Source: Eledone cirrhosa
Lineage: Eukaryota
Length of the DNA: 64,000 nt
Direction: 5' to 3'
NCBI GenBank assembly: GCA_964016885.1
Contig: OZ024743.1
Span: 273,110,001-273,174,000 of the forward strand
Shown here: piece by piece, positions 13,482-28,176 of the stretch
Numbering within the stretch: position 1 is the first letter of the stretch
Layout of the letters: each line of letters opens with the position of its first letter
Position numbers and translations under genes: made by a program
The notes under the pieces: model-generated
Database searches by the model: none
Seen by the model: only the letters and a program-made list of their open reading frames with translations
Told to the model about the DNA's origin: nothing

Positions 13482-14593
13482 TATCTAATACCTTACTAGT
13501 TTAAAATCCTTTTTCTCAAAGGCTTATATATCTTTTAAAAATATACCCACCTGTCTACCTTATTTCAATATTATTTATTATATATTATATAATACAAGTT
13601 ACTTATTCTATATCATACCTCTTTATCACTTTCCTTTCTTCTACTTTTCTTTCTAATTTCTAACCTCTAATCTCTACTTTTTCTTCCTAACTACTTCTCA
13701 ATTCTTATTATTATTCTCAATTCTTATTACTACTCACCACAACATTATCCATTCTTCCATCTTTCTTCATATCATTGGCCATAAACATTTTTTTTAAAAA
13801 TACATTATAGTATTACCTTTAATAGACCTTCGTACACATAAACATTTTTTTTTTTACGTTAGATTTTTCTTCCTTAAATTATTTATTTCTTCCTTTCATG
13901 CTCGTTTGACTTTTACATATTACAATACATAAAAATAAACTTAAACCCTAACTAATTTCTTTTAATATATTATATTATTACCATTAGAAAATATTTCGTA
14001 AACATATATATTTTTCTGATGTTAGATATTTTCTTCCTTAAACATTCTTTTCTTCTTTGCTTTCTGCACTCATTTTTAAACAAACTATTTACGTACATGT
14101 ATTACATTACATAAAAACAAACTTAAACACTAACCTCTAAATTCATAACTCATTCATTCTTTTAATTCTTTTCACATTATATCCTTAATAACATTAATAT
14201 TTTTATTTTAATAATACATATTAATAATTTCTTTTCCTTGCAATATACAAACCTTAATTTAATATTATTCTTAATCCCTTTTTTCTCTTCATGCATAAAC
14301 CTCATTAACTTTTAATTTCAAATTCTTTTAAATTATCTTCCAACGGCTTTTTAACTTCTCTCTGTGAAACAATATATATTATTGTCTCAGTTGTAAAGGC
14401 TATCTCTCTCTCTCTATCACCCATCTCTCCTCCTCCCCCACCATTCTTTACTCTCATCTCCTCCTCTTCCTTACCTTTTCCAACCCCCCTCACTTTTTCC
14501 CAATCTCATACAACAATCTTAAATTATTTTTCATATGTTGATTTAAAACTTCACTATTCACAAGTGTTTTTTAAGCTTCATATCATGTATCCC

Positions 14594-14664
14594 TATTTTA
14601 TCTGATGAAAACACACGTATCATCCCATGATGATATTTGTTTTTGAAATGCGCATAATAAAATA
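14594..14664 (+). ncRNA. Hammerhead ribozyme in PLE pseudo-LTR
   Basis: UAUUUUAU CUGAUGA [long stem II] GAAA UGCGCA UA AUAAAAUA. Stem I is 8 bp and stem III is the palindrome AUGCGCAU. Confidence 0.85.
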
Positions 14665-15024
14665 CTTGGAACTCTTTTAACCATCTTTTAATCTTATATT
14701 ATTTATACTCCAGTCCTACAAATTGTAGAGTGTTACTTATCCGATATTTGCATTGCTTTATTGTGCTACAATAAAACTCACCTCCTACATATTTATTTAT
14801 ATATATTTATATCTGTATTTTTAACCGCTCGTCAATCAATGATAACAATTGATTGCCAAATAAAATAACTATGGAGATATAAAAAAATACAGAAGCGAAA
14901 AACGATCAAACAGTGAATGTGTTCTGTTAGTATTTCTGGCAGTATTACAACAATATGATCCTCCCCAAGTTTAACAATATTTGTTTCGAAACACGATTTC
15001 ATATCAAAAACATTGCAAAACAAA

Positions 15025-15056
<32 letters not shown>

Positions 15057-15222
15057 GTATGTGCTGGTTGCTTACCTCAGTATACAGGTAGGAGCACTCA
15101 ACGAAGTGGGCAGGGTGGTTTGTTTCAATAAAAATTATGAACTATATTCTTTATTACGATATCAATAATAGTTCAGGTTTATATAATTGTATTTCACATA
15201 AAACACATTAGCCTGATATACG

Positions 15223-15329
<107 letters not shown>

Positions 15330-15438
15330 TTATATATTATATTATATATATATATATGCTGATGTATACCACAATTTCAAACTGCTAGCCTTGAGTGATA
15401 CGTTGATGTAAATAATGATCCTACAATCACATGTTATA

Positions 15439-15485
15439 TGCCTTGAAAAGTCCCACCATATGGTCGGACGAAACGGCTGTCGGCA
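15439..15485 (+). ncRNA. Hammerhead motif with U3-A8 compensatory core
   Basis: UGCC UUGAAAA GUCC...GGAC GAAA CGGCUG UC GGCA, followed by AATAAA. Confidence 0.7.
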
Positions 15486-15638
15486 ATAAACTCGTTATAA
15501 TGTCATAATAGTTCCTTTGTTCTTTTTCACTAATATTTCTGCTCTGCGTATACGCATAGAGCTTAACTAGCTACCGTCACATATTTGGTAGGTCAGACGT
15601 GATCATCGCGATTCACATACGACCTACCATACATCTTG

Positions 15639-15694
<56 letters not shown>

Positions 15695-18600
15695 ATGTGT
15701 GTGTGTGTGTGTGTGTGTAACACATTGCTTAATTGAATGTGTAAGAAGCGTAGATATTATGGATCAAATCCTTATCTCAATTATGAACCTAATTGAATTT
15801 ACATTAATAATTTATCGAATTTTCAGCAGGCTAGAGCACGCTATCACCCGGGAATGTACTTCTCTCCACTATACCATCTATCGACATTTCTCTCTCTCTC
15901 TACCTCTCTCACTGACACTCTCCCCTCCCCTCTCTCTATCTATCTAACTACCTACTATCTCCCTATCTTGCTACCAAGCTAACTATTCATGTACACGAAA
16001 CTATGCTACCTATCTATCTATTTATGCACACGGAAGTACTAAAACGTCATTCGAATCTTATTTTTACTGATGGTAATTTGAGTATTAATATTCCTTCACT
16101 TATTTCATGATATTTCCCAATTACATGATGCCAGAGTACTATTTTCACTGCATTACCTTTCTACTCTCTGATTACCTATAAAGCGTACTTCCTCTGATTT
16201 GCAATGATGTCTAATTTTGCAACATTACCAGAGTTTTCAATAATCTCTGAGTTATGCAGTAGATAGTGAATCTATTAGATTTCGGTATTGTGTTCAAATA
16301 AAAGTTTTACATGCAACTAGAATATATATATTCATATATTTTGTTTCTGTCATAGTGTAAATAATAATTCTTGTTTCAAAAATAGCTACAGAAAGGAGAT
16401 AGTCGATTAAATAAATCCCATACTTGACTTGAGCTATGTTCCATAAGTTACGAAGTGATGACATTTGAAATTGACCTCGGTGAGACTTGTTCTCAAAATA
16501 TAAGGGACCGGAACAAATACTATTTAATGATAATTTTTCCGTCATATGGACAAGGCCAGGCAACGTTGACGTAATTTTACTTTGTTAAATCAACAAAACG
16601 ACTGACTGACATCCGGCTGTCTATGAGAGAGACGATGGTTTAGCATCTAGAGATGTATTCATCTGCATTTTCGCGACTGACTAAAGGATCTCACACGTGA
16701 ATGGCAATTTCAACTGCATTTGTTGCTGATGAACGACGAAACCTTCTCGCCATTTTTGTCAGCAACATGTTTGTTCTTTGTCTGTTCTGCTTTTAATATG
16801 AATATATATTAATTTTTCTCAATGACCAACATATAATTATATCGGACAACTATACGAAAATGAACGAGAACAAATAAACTCAAAAATAATGGAACACCCA
16901 TTGGTTGTTTAAGCAATGTAGATATTGCATAGAGACAGAATTTTTATCAATACTTCTATATTACTCTATCACATTAATGAATAAATAATTTGAGATTTGA
17001 GTACTATGTTACCATAGTAACATATAGGCGAGGCCAAGGCGAAGAATTAATGTATACGGATATTACTGCCTCAACTAAATTAAGATCTGGTCTCATAGTC
17101 GTTCGTTTTGTAAATAAAGTAGATCTTAAAGAAAAGAAGAATACTTTTATCTCATTTTTCATTAAAAACAACTTCCACGCTGCCTCCATCATCGGCCATA
17201 TTTGCACAGTCCCATGACATTTATCTTCTTTAGACTGATGGCCAATCCAAACTCCGTATAGGCAAAGGAAAACCGACTGAGAAGCTGCTGCAGGCCCTCT
17301 TCAATGTGTGTGGTCAACGCTGCGACTTGAGAGAAAAGTAATTCACGGATGAGTAACCCTATAACTTTGGTCTTGACAAGAAGGCGGACAACAGTGAACA
17401 GTTTGACGACATAGACGTAATTTGAGCAGTCAAATTCCTTCCTGCGCTGAACATCCTAATTAGCTTTATACAGTTTTTCAAGGAATATAATAGTCTTTAT
17501 ACATTTGTTTCTATTGCATTGGCCATATCTCACCATGAAACATGTGATATTTATTGTCCATCACATTTCCTTTACACTTGATTATTAATGTTTCCGCATA
17601 TTGATATATATATAATAATCGTCTATATTGATGATAATCTTTAAATTATCAGACAATCTGTTGTATTAGGGTGGCATATACCTGCGACGCCTATCTATAA
17701 AGTGGCCACTGAAAGACTGAATGATATAAAACAAAAATAACTTTTACAAACACATGATTTTATATTTTTTTATTATTTTATTTGGAAATAAAAGTAATTG
17801 ATTTTGTAAAGTTGTATGTGTGAAAAGCAACAGGGGATGCTCTAAAACCTGCAAAAAAAAAAGAATATATATATATATATTTAGTGAGGTGAATATTTAG
17901 TGAGGACACTTGTTTAAATTGCTTATTTATAAATACACAGGACTCATATCTAATCAACTGAGTAAATCAATGAGATATAATCTCATAATAATACGGTACT
18001 GTTAATAAATAAACGTCACTGATAATCAGCTGCAATATCCTAAACAACTGACGAATAGATTAAAGATAATTAATATATCTCGGGGACTTTTCCGTTTCTA
18101 TTATGCATTTTTTTCTTTTGAGGCTTTCTTTCATCTGACTGCGGTCATGCCTTCTCAATAAGATTCCCTGTTATATAAAAGAAGCCTGTGGATAGCTATC
18201 CTGTTTAAGCAAAAATTTATACTGTGGACGATACGTGTTTGAATAAATTATTCCGGGAGGAGAAGGAAAACTGACGTTTCGCGACTGAAATTTTACCTAG
18301 GAGTGAAAAACGATGTGTTCATCTTTTGAAAACAATTTTCCTTCTTCTCTGCTTTCGAAATGTCAAATTTTTCTTCTCTCAATAACTAAACACAAATCCT
18401 TTGTAACATACAATAGAACACCCAACTCTTAAAGTCTACTTGAGATATTTTTCGGAATAAATGGTGCAACAAAACTATATAACAAAACATGGTGTCACTA
18501 TGCTGAAATTTACTTATTGCACTTTAAAAACTAGTTTTTTCTCAATTTAATGTGATATCTATTGATCAGACCGAAACAAGGTCAATATAAATATTGGTAC

Positions 18601-19587
18601 TGCGTATTCTGTGGTTTTTATATGTTAGTAAATATCACAATTATTTATTTTCACATGAAATGGAAACATCTACTTATCTTCATTAACGATATAAGTTAAC
18701 TATTGAATATATATCATTGTGGTGATTCAGCAACGATATAACACATTTAATAGCTGCTGATATTATCCGATTTTGTGTTCTAATATTTGTGTATTTCGAC
18801 ATGCATAGATATAATTAATCTAGTACAAAACTAGTTCGAATGATTCTGTTGGATGTTTTAATCTTTCAATCTTTAGGCTCCAGGCTCTGAATATAGCTCG
18901 TATCATTATGAACAGCAATAGCATGTATTCATTTTATTCTATTCAAGGTTAGTTTACAATAATCCCTTGGTCATATTTCACAAAGAAAATGATTTCAACG
19001 TTATTGAAATTCTAAAGGCAAAAACAAATTATTCATATTGTCAGCGAAGCTTGAATATTGACCGATCTTTCTGAAAGTCGTTTCATATCAAATATGCTTT
19101 ACCCTTCAGTTGTGCATTAATTCCAGTCCAAAGACTTAAAACAGCAATGCACAGAAGATTGTCGTCGACATTTAAATACCCATATTAAATTCTAAATCAC
19201 ATTCTCTACAAAGGCTTCATTTCAATTGATCAGTAAGAAATACGTTTTTGTTATAAATCCAGTTGCAATAAACGCGCTCTGTGGACATCTGTTAAAAACA
19301 TTGATATTCAAAGAATTCTGATTTTGAAAATGTCTAGCTATGGGGATTTTGATGCAAAATTGGATTATATAATTTACATTTTATTCAGCATTATCATTAT
19401 TTGGATCTTTAAAGTTCATAAATTATATTCTGCAGCAAATCTATGGTTTAGTGTTGTACAAATTTATGTTATATATATAAATATATATATGGAGAAGAAG
19501 TTTATGAAATGGAAATGCGGGTATAAAGAATTTATTAGGTAACAATTGTTTCTATAGTGTATGGGTTACCTATACCTCGCTATATAA

Positions 19588-19700
<113 letters not shown>

Positions 19701-19818
19701 TGTGTGTGTGTGTGTGTCTAAATATATGCATGTGTGTGTGTATATGTACACTTTTACTCATTTACCTGTTCCAGCCATCCGGCTGAGGCTATACTGGGCC
19801 ACCGTCTTTGTGCTGGGG

Positions 19819-19854
<36 letters not shown>

Positions 19855-19924
19855 ATATTGAAATGGCTTCTACAAGACTAGAACGGTTTCATTCGAAAGA
19901 AAACATCAGGAAAGCCCTAACGCT

Positions 19925-19969
19925 TTCCTGATGATTTCCTTCGAATGAAACAGTTCTAGACCTGTAGAA
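19925..19969 (+). ncRNA. Hammerhead motif on the right arm of hairpin 19855-19985; mutated mirror copy at 19868-19912 (-)
   Basis: UUC CUGAUGA UUUC-CUUC-GAAU GAAA CAG-UUCUAGAC-CUG UA GAA. Same family as 11935-11985. Confidence 0.75.
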
Positions 19970-22319
19970 CCCATTTATATATTATATATTTATACTCTGC
20001 TATGGAATTTAGACTCTCCGATTGAATCCCCCCCCCCCATGCACACACACACACTCACATATATATATATGTGTGTGTGTGTGTGTATATATCTAAATTA
20101 CTATAAACCAGCGGGTGACATCGAATACCTTATACTTACCCATTAGCTATTAGTAGATTTTCTTGAATGATCAATCTGCTACCGATGTTAGAAATAAGAT
20201 TATATATTTACACGCCATGTTTTATATTTGACGTTACAAATCGTAATGAATTAAGTCTGAAACGCTCAGTTTGTAGAATGGAATTCGTGATTTGCTTTAA
20301 GGAATTGAGGAAAATGTTTATACATTTATTAAAAATCCACCCGCTGCGTTACTTCCGTAGCAAGTTCGTATGCATTTCAGATGTCAAATGAGAGACTGCA
20401 ATATATTTCGTATGTTATTGACGTTATATCTATTATATGTGAACCATGTTTTATCTGCGGCTAGCGTTAAAAACATAGCAGCAAAAGTTTACAATTATAA
20501 AAAAGCAGATAACGCATTGATAGATGAATGATACATAATATAACTGATAATCATGGTTGAGATGCCATTGATAATATGTTTGCTCAATAAGACTGAATTG
20601 CTGCTCGAAACAATAACACAGTCGCTTGTGTGAGGATATGTATCAGCCAAAACATTCATTCTGGAATATATATATGCACTGGAGTGAAAGCCGTCTGCCT
20701 TACTGCGTCAGCTGGGCAATTATTTGACAAATTTAAAGCAATTAATATTATTCATCATATGTTGAGTTAGTAGTTAAAGTGCCAACAATATCTTCATGTT
20801 ATAAGTTTAACTGATATTATATTTCAACTATATAGACAACCATTGTATACTATTTCCTCCCTGAATGTGTGTTTTATATAATATACACAATGTTCTACAT
20901 ATCGTAAATAAGCAATATTTTGTGACACCTATCTGAAAGGTATTAGGAAAATAAAACATATGACAGACCGTGTATGCTGCGCAAAATGACGTCTTAATTC
21001 TTGTCTTTCAAAACAAATGTGTGATTTATAATAGCAACAGTGAAATCAAAGTTTTATTTCTGTTAACCATTAGACATCCAAGAAAAAAGATTGTATAGTT
21101 ATTGAACGTTTTATTTTATTTTTGTAAATTAATGTTTATAATGTATATGTCTTCCGATAAATATTATTATTCCATACCGAGTAATTCTATTTTTATATGG
21201 AGAAAATTCATGCCAACATATATATTATACAGTAAAATGATGGGGAGTTGTGAACACCATATCATTTAACTGTTTAGGTTAGTTACGTATTCCATTATCT
21301 ATTTCTACATTATAAAATAAAGGCTCCAAGTCATACATATTTAATATTTTACAAGCTATATCCATTAACAGAAATGGCTGACAGATTGGCATGAATTCGC
21401 ATGGCAAGCCACGCCAACTTCTAATATGCAGATGTGATGTTTCTTTATTTGTGTTGTTTAACTAAGATGATCTCTGTTTCCTTGAATAAATGTAGGTATT
21501 TTACTCAGATACTCAGGACTCAATCTCTGTTTTACCCCTGACCCAATCAACACATCTGGGATAAAAATCTGATAAAACATCAAAGTTGACATCTTGGATA
21601 AATATGTCGATAACGTAAAGGGATTGACTCTATCAATCACCTGTTTAGAGAAATGAATATTAATTGGCTGGTCCTGTAAGTAACGAGACCGAAACCTTTA
21701 GTGCAGTATCATATTTGTATGGCGATTTTCTTATTGCCATTAACATTTTATGAAATGTAAATGGTATTGTGATTTTTAGTGGGGCCGAATAGGAGATCTC
21801 AACTTTGAAGCTTTAAGTAACGGCTTTAATGAGAGATATTAAGTAATCTGAGTGAAATCGGTAATTAACGATATGAAATAAGGATATTCAGAACTAACCA
21901 TCAGAATTACGTTTCCTTAAGCGTAATAATCTGAACTGATTCATAAATCCATATTCAAATACATTCTGATGGAAACGGTTATAAATATTCATTATAAGCT
22001 TAAGACTCTGATATTAAACACTTACCCATTAGATATAGTTAGAACTAATATGAATTATAATTAGGGTTTAATTGCATCAAAAGCACTTATATTTGTGAAT
22101 AAAAAGAATAAATTATGTCGTCTGCATCCTTTGAATATATAGTGGGAAACGTGGATAATAAATTTGCTAAAGCAATCATGTGAGCGTGATGAAGTGGATT
22201 GGGTGCTTTCTTTCCAAATTAAATTATTTTATCCATATAATCATGGGTGTCTTATTGAGGGAAGGTTCTATGATGAAAACGTATTTATAAACTCTATATG
22301 GCAAACATTGATATATTTG

Positions 22320-23715
22320 AGTAAATAAAATGTCAAATGTGCTATGATGTGCTAGCTTCTTGAATTTTTAGATGTGCGGGCGCGTGAATATGTGAGTATG
22401 TTACTTGATGGTATGTTTTTGTTAAGGTTTGCTGTTACGATGTGTTATGTAATTGTGTTGGCCATTTCTTTTGTATGTTATTCCTTGTATATAGTCATGT
22501 GTATGTTTCTGTGTAATTCATTACCTACTTGTATATTTGTGCATCTTATATGTTTGGTGGTATGTGTGTATGTGTGATCATATGACAATAGTTACCAATT
22601 TATCGTTTCATTCGTGTATTGTTATTGGCGTATATATGAGTTGGGGTGATTATTGTAGTTGTGTATCCTTTTCTACATTCGTGTTCAATAGATTGCGTTT
22701 TTGAGAGTTTATCTTTGGGTGTGACTAAAACATCTTATCATTATGTAATAATGATGCATTGGCCCTTGTGGCTAATAATCCAATAATTATGTAATGATAC
22801 ATTGTTGCGTTTAATTGTGTTTGTTTGAGTGTATCTGTGTAATTAGTTAGTGTTTCCTGTTATTAGTTGTTTTAGATAATTTTAGTTTTAGATTTCTGTT
22901 ATTATGTACTTGTTTTACGTTGGGGTGTATGGTTGGGGCGTATTTCTGACTGGGTGAGACGTTTTGGTTATGTATTGAGTGTTGTACATATCAGTGGTAT
23001 GTGGTAGTTGTAGTGAATGTTTATTTTGTTGTGATAATTTCTATGCGCGTGTTGTTTGTTGATTTATGTCTAAAGTATATGGCTCTAATGTATGTGTTTA
23101 GGTAATGTTTTGCTAAAACACTATGAATGCATTGCAGTTTCGTTCTGTGGTGGCATTTTCTCTGGGATCACGTAAGTGTTTATGTTTGGCTTTGATTATA
23201 TGTATGTAGCCAATTACGATTTGGCCTATATATTTGTATATTCTAGCATTGTGAAGTATGTTTATGTGAATATGGTTATATCTTTTGGAGTTGAGGTAAG
23301 GATTCCAGATCATGTATTTGCATATTGATAATTCAGAATTTTGTCAAGAATTTTAGAGTTTTGTCTGTGCTTAATTTGCAAGCACTTTGCTCTTGGTATA
23401 TTCCATTGCAAATATACGTGTATATTTTTTATGCAAATTCCATACTGTTATAATATTTTTCCTGGCTGGATTATAAAGAGCCCGTTGTTGTTAAGAAAAC
23501 ATTTATTACCATTTGTATTGGAACAGTTACGCGTCTTTTTGGCGCCTGTGATATTCGTGTTGGTTTATGTTCTACGTAAGTTTAGTTTAAATATGCCAGA
23601 GGATATAATATTTGAACAAGGTTTACAGTAGTGGAATAGACGAGGAGTATTCTAGTATTTCTATAAAACATAGAAGTAATGTTGAAGCGAGCAGTTTTTT
23701 GAAGAGTGGTGTAGA
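22320..23715 (-). mobile_element. Heavily decayed PLE-like coding remnant
   Basis: The minus-strand translation IWNPYLN...KYIGQIVI resembles the WxNPP...NIG region of the other two PLEs, with the same A/C-rich strand skew. Boundaries are approximate. Confidence 0.45.
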
Positions 23716-23813
23716 AACCTCTTCACACACCTCACTCACATGCACACTCCCACTCCCATGCACGACACACACACACAGACACACATATGTATATTTATAT
23801 ATGTATATATCGA

Positions 23814-23885
<72 letters not shown>

Positions 23886-25006
23886 TCACTCACAAAAACA
23901 CACACACACAAATTAGTATATATGAATTTTATAGCTTTTGTGATAGTTACTACCTTAATGTTTTATGTATACATATGTGGTTTCAAGAAGAAAGACATAA
24001 CAAGTGAATTGACAACAGTATCAGACAACAATCAGCTCTGAGTATTGTTTCCACAACCGTACAGACTTTAAATCTCGCGAGGTTATGCTCGCTGCTTCTG
24101 AATGATTGAATTGCTTTCCTTTTTCTTGATGAATCTAGATTTAATTATAATTTCTTTAGATAATTGACCGAATAAAATTGAACATGCATTTTGAGTTGTG
24201 AAATGACACAATCTTCAATAATTTGTATGTCTATTCTCATTTTTATTGGTTGTATGTAGGAAAGTAGGTACGATAGTAATTAGACTGGTATGAAGGGAGA
24301 CATCTGTGTTTGTGAGATTGATTACTTATTTCATGTATCTCTAATGCAAATGTATTACAATTAAATATAAATCTATACATTTATTCATTTTATTCCATAA
24401 TATGTGATATCTGAATATAATATATAATTAAATAACGGAACATTAATTGTATTATTATATGCAATTTTTATTTTGTTTATGTTTTTCTTTTTTTAAAATA
24501 ACATATATCATTATAATTTCAAAAAGAACTGTATCACTTACTGCAAGAGAAAAAATAAGTAAAAATTTACTTTCTCGAAACACATTTCAGTTGCAGGTTC
24601 CCCTTCCGATTCCTCCCCCACTCTCTCTCTAAAATTCTACCTATGTTTTCTAATATTTCTTTTTTTTTATCGCATACATACATTATTACTATCAACTACA
24701 GGGAACAAAGGATGTGCTTCAACTATTTATAATGGGGCTACCTATCGAAGGTACATAAAAGGTACGCATATATGGATGTGCTTGTTTAAGTTCATTGTAA
24801 AATATAAGTACTTCATAGAGAATCATTTATAATGGAGCCTAGTTTTGTCAGTAGCCATATCTCAACAGGCATAACAAATTAGCTATCAAATGTATGACAT
24901 CAATTTCTCTAAGTAATTAATTACTATGTGTAGTATACATGGGTTTAAATTTGTACTGTTATTTATATCTTATCGTCGATGATGTGGAACCTTGTATCAT
25001 CTTTCT

Positions 25007-25184
25007 TGTTTCAACTTTTGGCACAAGGCCAGCAATTAATCCAGCGTATTACTACTACTTTATTTTATCGACCTCTTAAGGATGAAAGGCAAAGTTAACC
25101 TCGGCGGGTTTTGAACTCAGACCATAAAGGGCCGTAACTCTTTGCTGCAAAACATGGCGTCCTACCCTCTACCGATACTGCCAA
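25007..25184 (-). mobile_element. tRNA-derived SINE
   Basis: B-box GAGTTCAAA, central CCTTTCATCC..GGTCGATAAAATAAAGTA, tail CTGGCCTTGTGCC. Confidence 0.85.
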
Positions 25185-25808
25185 TAAATTCATATTAATG
25201 ATGTATAAACAGTTGTCTTTTCGAATATGTTTGTACAACTCTAGTCTTTATGAAGACTATAGTATTTAGAGTGTCGGTCATATAACTAAATAAACAGATT
25301 ATCTACTCTCATAGCAGCATTATGCGTTGGGAATCTTTACGCTGGGAATCTTTACGCTGTCGCCCAACCTGCAGAGAATAATGAAGATATCACGTTATAT
25401 ATTGTAGCCTAAGATATAGCATACTTGAAAAATATTTAAATATCACAGACATAAGTTTAATCATAGCCAATATGGTGCCAAATAAGAAACTAATGTTATA
25501 CTATTAACTAAGGTGATTCATAATAATAGGTTGTGATTTTCACAGGGACATATACACTTCTACTAGTAATTGGTAGTTAAATATAGTTTAACAGTCAAGA
25601 ACATAACTTATTCTTTTACTGCGCCAACTTGAATGGGTTTAGTTTAACATATTGAAATCAGGACATATATCAGCTTGTTATATTTCATCGATTTCTATTT
25701 ATCCAACTGATAGCGTTTACTGGAAATAGACACGGCATTCAACCGGGATAATCTTAAACGCAAACATGACCAACCACACACGCACGCATATATACATAAG
25801 TACATACA

Positions 25809-25844
<36 letters not shown>

Positions 25845-26710
25845 AACACACAGATAGAGACAGACAGGCAGAGAGAACAGAGAGAAGTGTTAGAAATAGT
25901 TTGACAGCTCAATCTAAGTGCATTCTGAATATAACGTATGGACTAATTATTAAAACAAATATACAAACTCATAAAAGTTTTAACATAATTGAATACTACA
26001 AATATATATTTGTTCCTTTCCAAATATCAACAAATCTAAATTATAATTACTCTTGGTATAGGAAGAGAATAACTAGTCGCCTGTAAAGTTAAAGCGATAT
26101 ATAAATATATAGGTGCCTGCTCAGATTTGAACCTCGCACCTCTCGGTTGCTGGGATAGTTCATCAACCACTACGCAAAGAGCCCCTGCTACAAATTCCTT
26201 ATTCGTAGAACATATTTAAGCCTCTAGCAAGAATAGTAATCAAATCAGTTCCCTTAGGAGGTGTTTCGACATTTAAAAAGTTTACATCCCAACGGTAATA
26301 AGCGTAATAATAGAGGTTCGCTATACATAATACCTACGAAAATTATGTAAATCACTCCAAGAGACGGGAAACGAAACGTGATTGTTGGCCAGGTGATCTT
26401 CCACTCATTGATTAACGCACCCTTCCCGGCATCCGAGAGATGCGATTTCATTCTTCGCAAGCGCCTATTCCAATTTTCTTATCATTACCCATATTGTGTC
26501 CAGCACCCACACTCTGCAGCAACCACTCCAGTACTTCAGCAACCACAGCCAGTCCTTCCTTCGAAAAAACTTCATCTCACTTGAATTGTTTTCCGGTAAT
26601 GTGCTTTCATGTAGGGGTCGGCCTGCATAATTTAAATTAATATCTCATGTGTTACGGAAGGACTTCAAACACTACGAGCACAAGGCCCTTTCTGTAGACC
26701 TGGAAATAAT

Positions 26711-26928
26711 GTTTTTTTGTATAGGCACAAGACCAATAAATTGGGGGGAGGCGAAAGTCGATTATATCGACCTCAGTACGCTATTGGTGCTATATTTTAT
26801 CGATCCCGTAAGGATGAAATGCCAAGTTAGCTTCGGCAGGATTTGAACTCAGTCCTTAAAGGGCCATAACTCTATGGTGCAAAGCATGTTGTCCGATTCT
26901 CTACCGATACTGCCAATCCACCGCCCTA
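26711..26928 (-). mobile_element. tRNA-derived SINE with 17-bp TSD
   Basis: TSD GTAGACCTGGAAATAAT at 26694-26710 and 26929-26945. Confidence 0.9.
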
Positions 26929-27589
26929 GTAGACCTGGAAATAATAATAATAAAAACATAACACACCACCATCCTTCAACACACCATCATATCAAGGCAC
27001 CATCACAACACGCTACCCTCACTGCACTATCCCCACGACCAACACCACTATACCAAGTCATCAACACACTGTAAGACATCGCAAGCTCTTATCGGTTTCA
27101 GAGAGCCTGCAAAGGTCATAGGCATAAACTCTTCCCTGAGAATGATACGGAAATCATTAACTGGAAGGGAATTTAAAATAATACGTGGGGCGATATACAA
27201 TGGCAGATAAGAAGAGGTGTATATCATCCGATCAGCCATAAGGAAACATATATTTGATTGGGATACATGCCTATTCGGTCTTAGTATTATTTTGAAAGTA
27301 TGTACTAATTTGCATATAATTAGCGCTCGTTTCCGAAAAGTGCGTTAGCAGCTGAAGTGCATGAAAACATTATATCTGTATAAATGCAGAGTCTGTAACC
27401 CGAGATTGAACCAACGTGTATAAATGTATACTCATATCAATTTACGGGGTAATTCGTATTTTCTTGTATGTTTACAGGCCTACAAATTATATATGTTTAT
27501 ATACGTTGGTGCACTCCTAAATACACAGACTGTATTTAAACAGACATAACTTTACCATACACATTGGCTGCTAGCGCTCTTCTTACTGT

Positions 27590-28065
<476 letters not shown>

Positions 28066-28109
28066 TTAATTCAAAATATTAACAAAATAGATATTCTTGT
28101 GATCAAGTA

Positions 28110-28176
28110 TATTTTATTATACATATTTCAGAGGTACTGAGTTAACTTCAACAGTACGTCCTCATCAGATAAAATA
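28110..28176 (-). ncRNA. Hammerhead ribozyme motif
   Basis: UAUUUUAU CUGAUGA GGAC-GUACUG...CAGUAC-CUCU GAAA UAUGUA UA AUAAAA. It lies ~45 bp from a large (TA)n tract. Confidence 0.78.

Larger units (their letters stand above)
12046..14720 (+). mobile_element. 5'-truncated Penelope-like element with an inverted 5' copy of its 3' pseudo-LTR
   Basis: Coding remnant starts at 12141 with GGIYRDDGL, followed by IWYNAPF, CNCPVRTKCPLNNHC, LVYECKV...TYFGYT and CNLCISEK...CLH. 12046-12140 is an inverted copy of ~14562-14655. Confidence 0.9.

Noticed and set aside
16720-16768. CTGATGA..GAAAC as a hammerhead
   Set aside because: Stems I-III do not register. An alternative hairpin TGTTGCTGA/TCAGCAACA explains the pairing.
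17110-17460. Apparent plus-strand exon TDGQSKLRIG...
   Set aside because: The surrounding translation looks more like a decayed Tc1/mariner transposase. Neither call is well supported.
26110-26190. tRNA gene
   Set aside because: Only A/B-box-like remnants on the minus strand and no cloverleaf. It is more likely a decayed SINE head.
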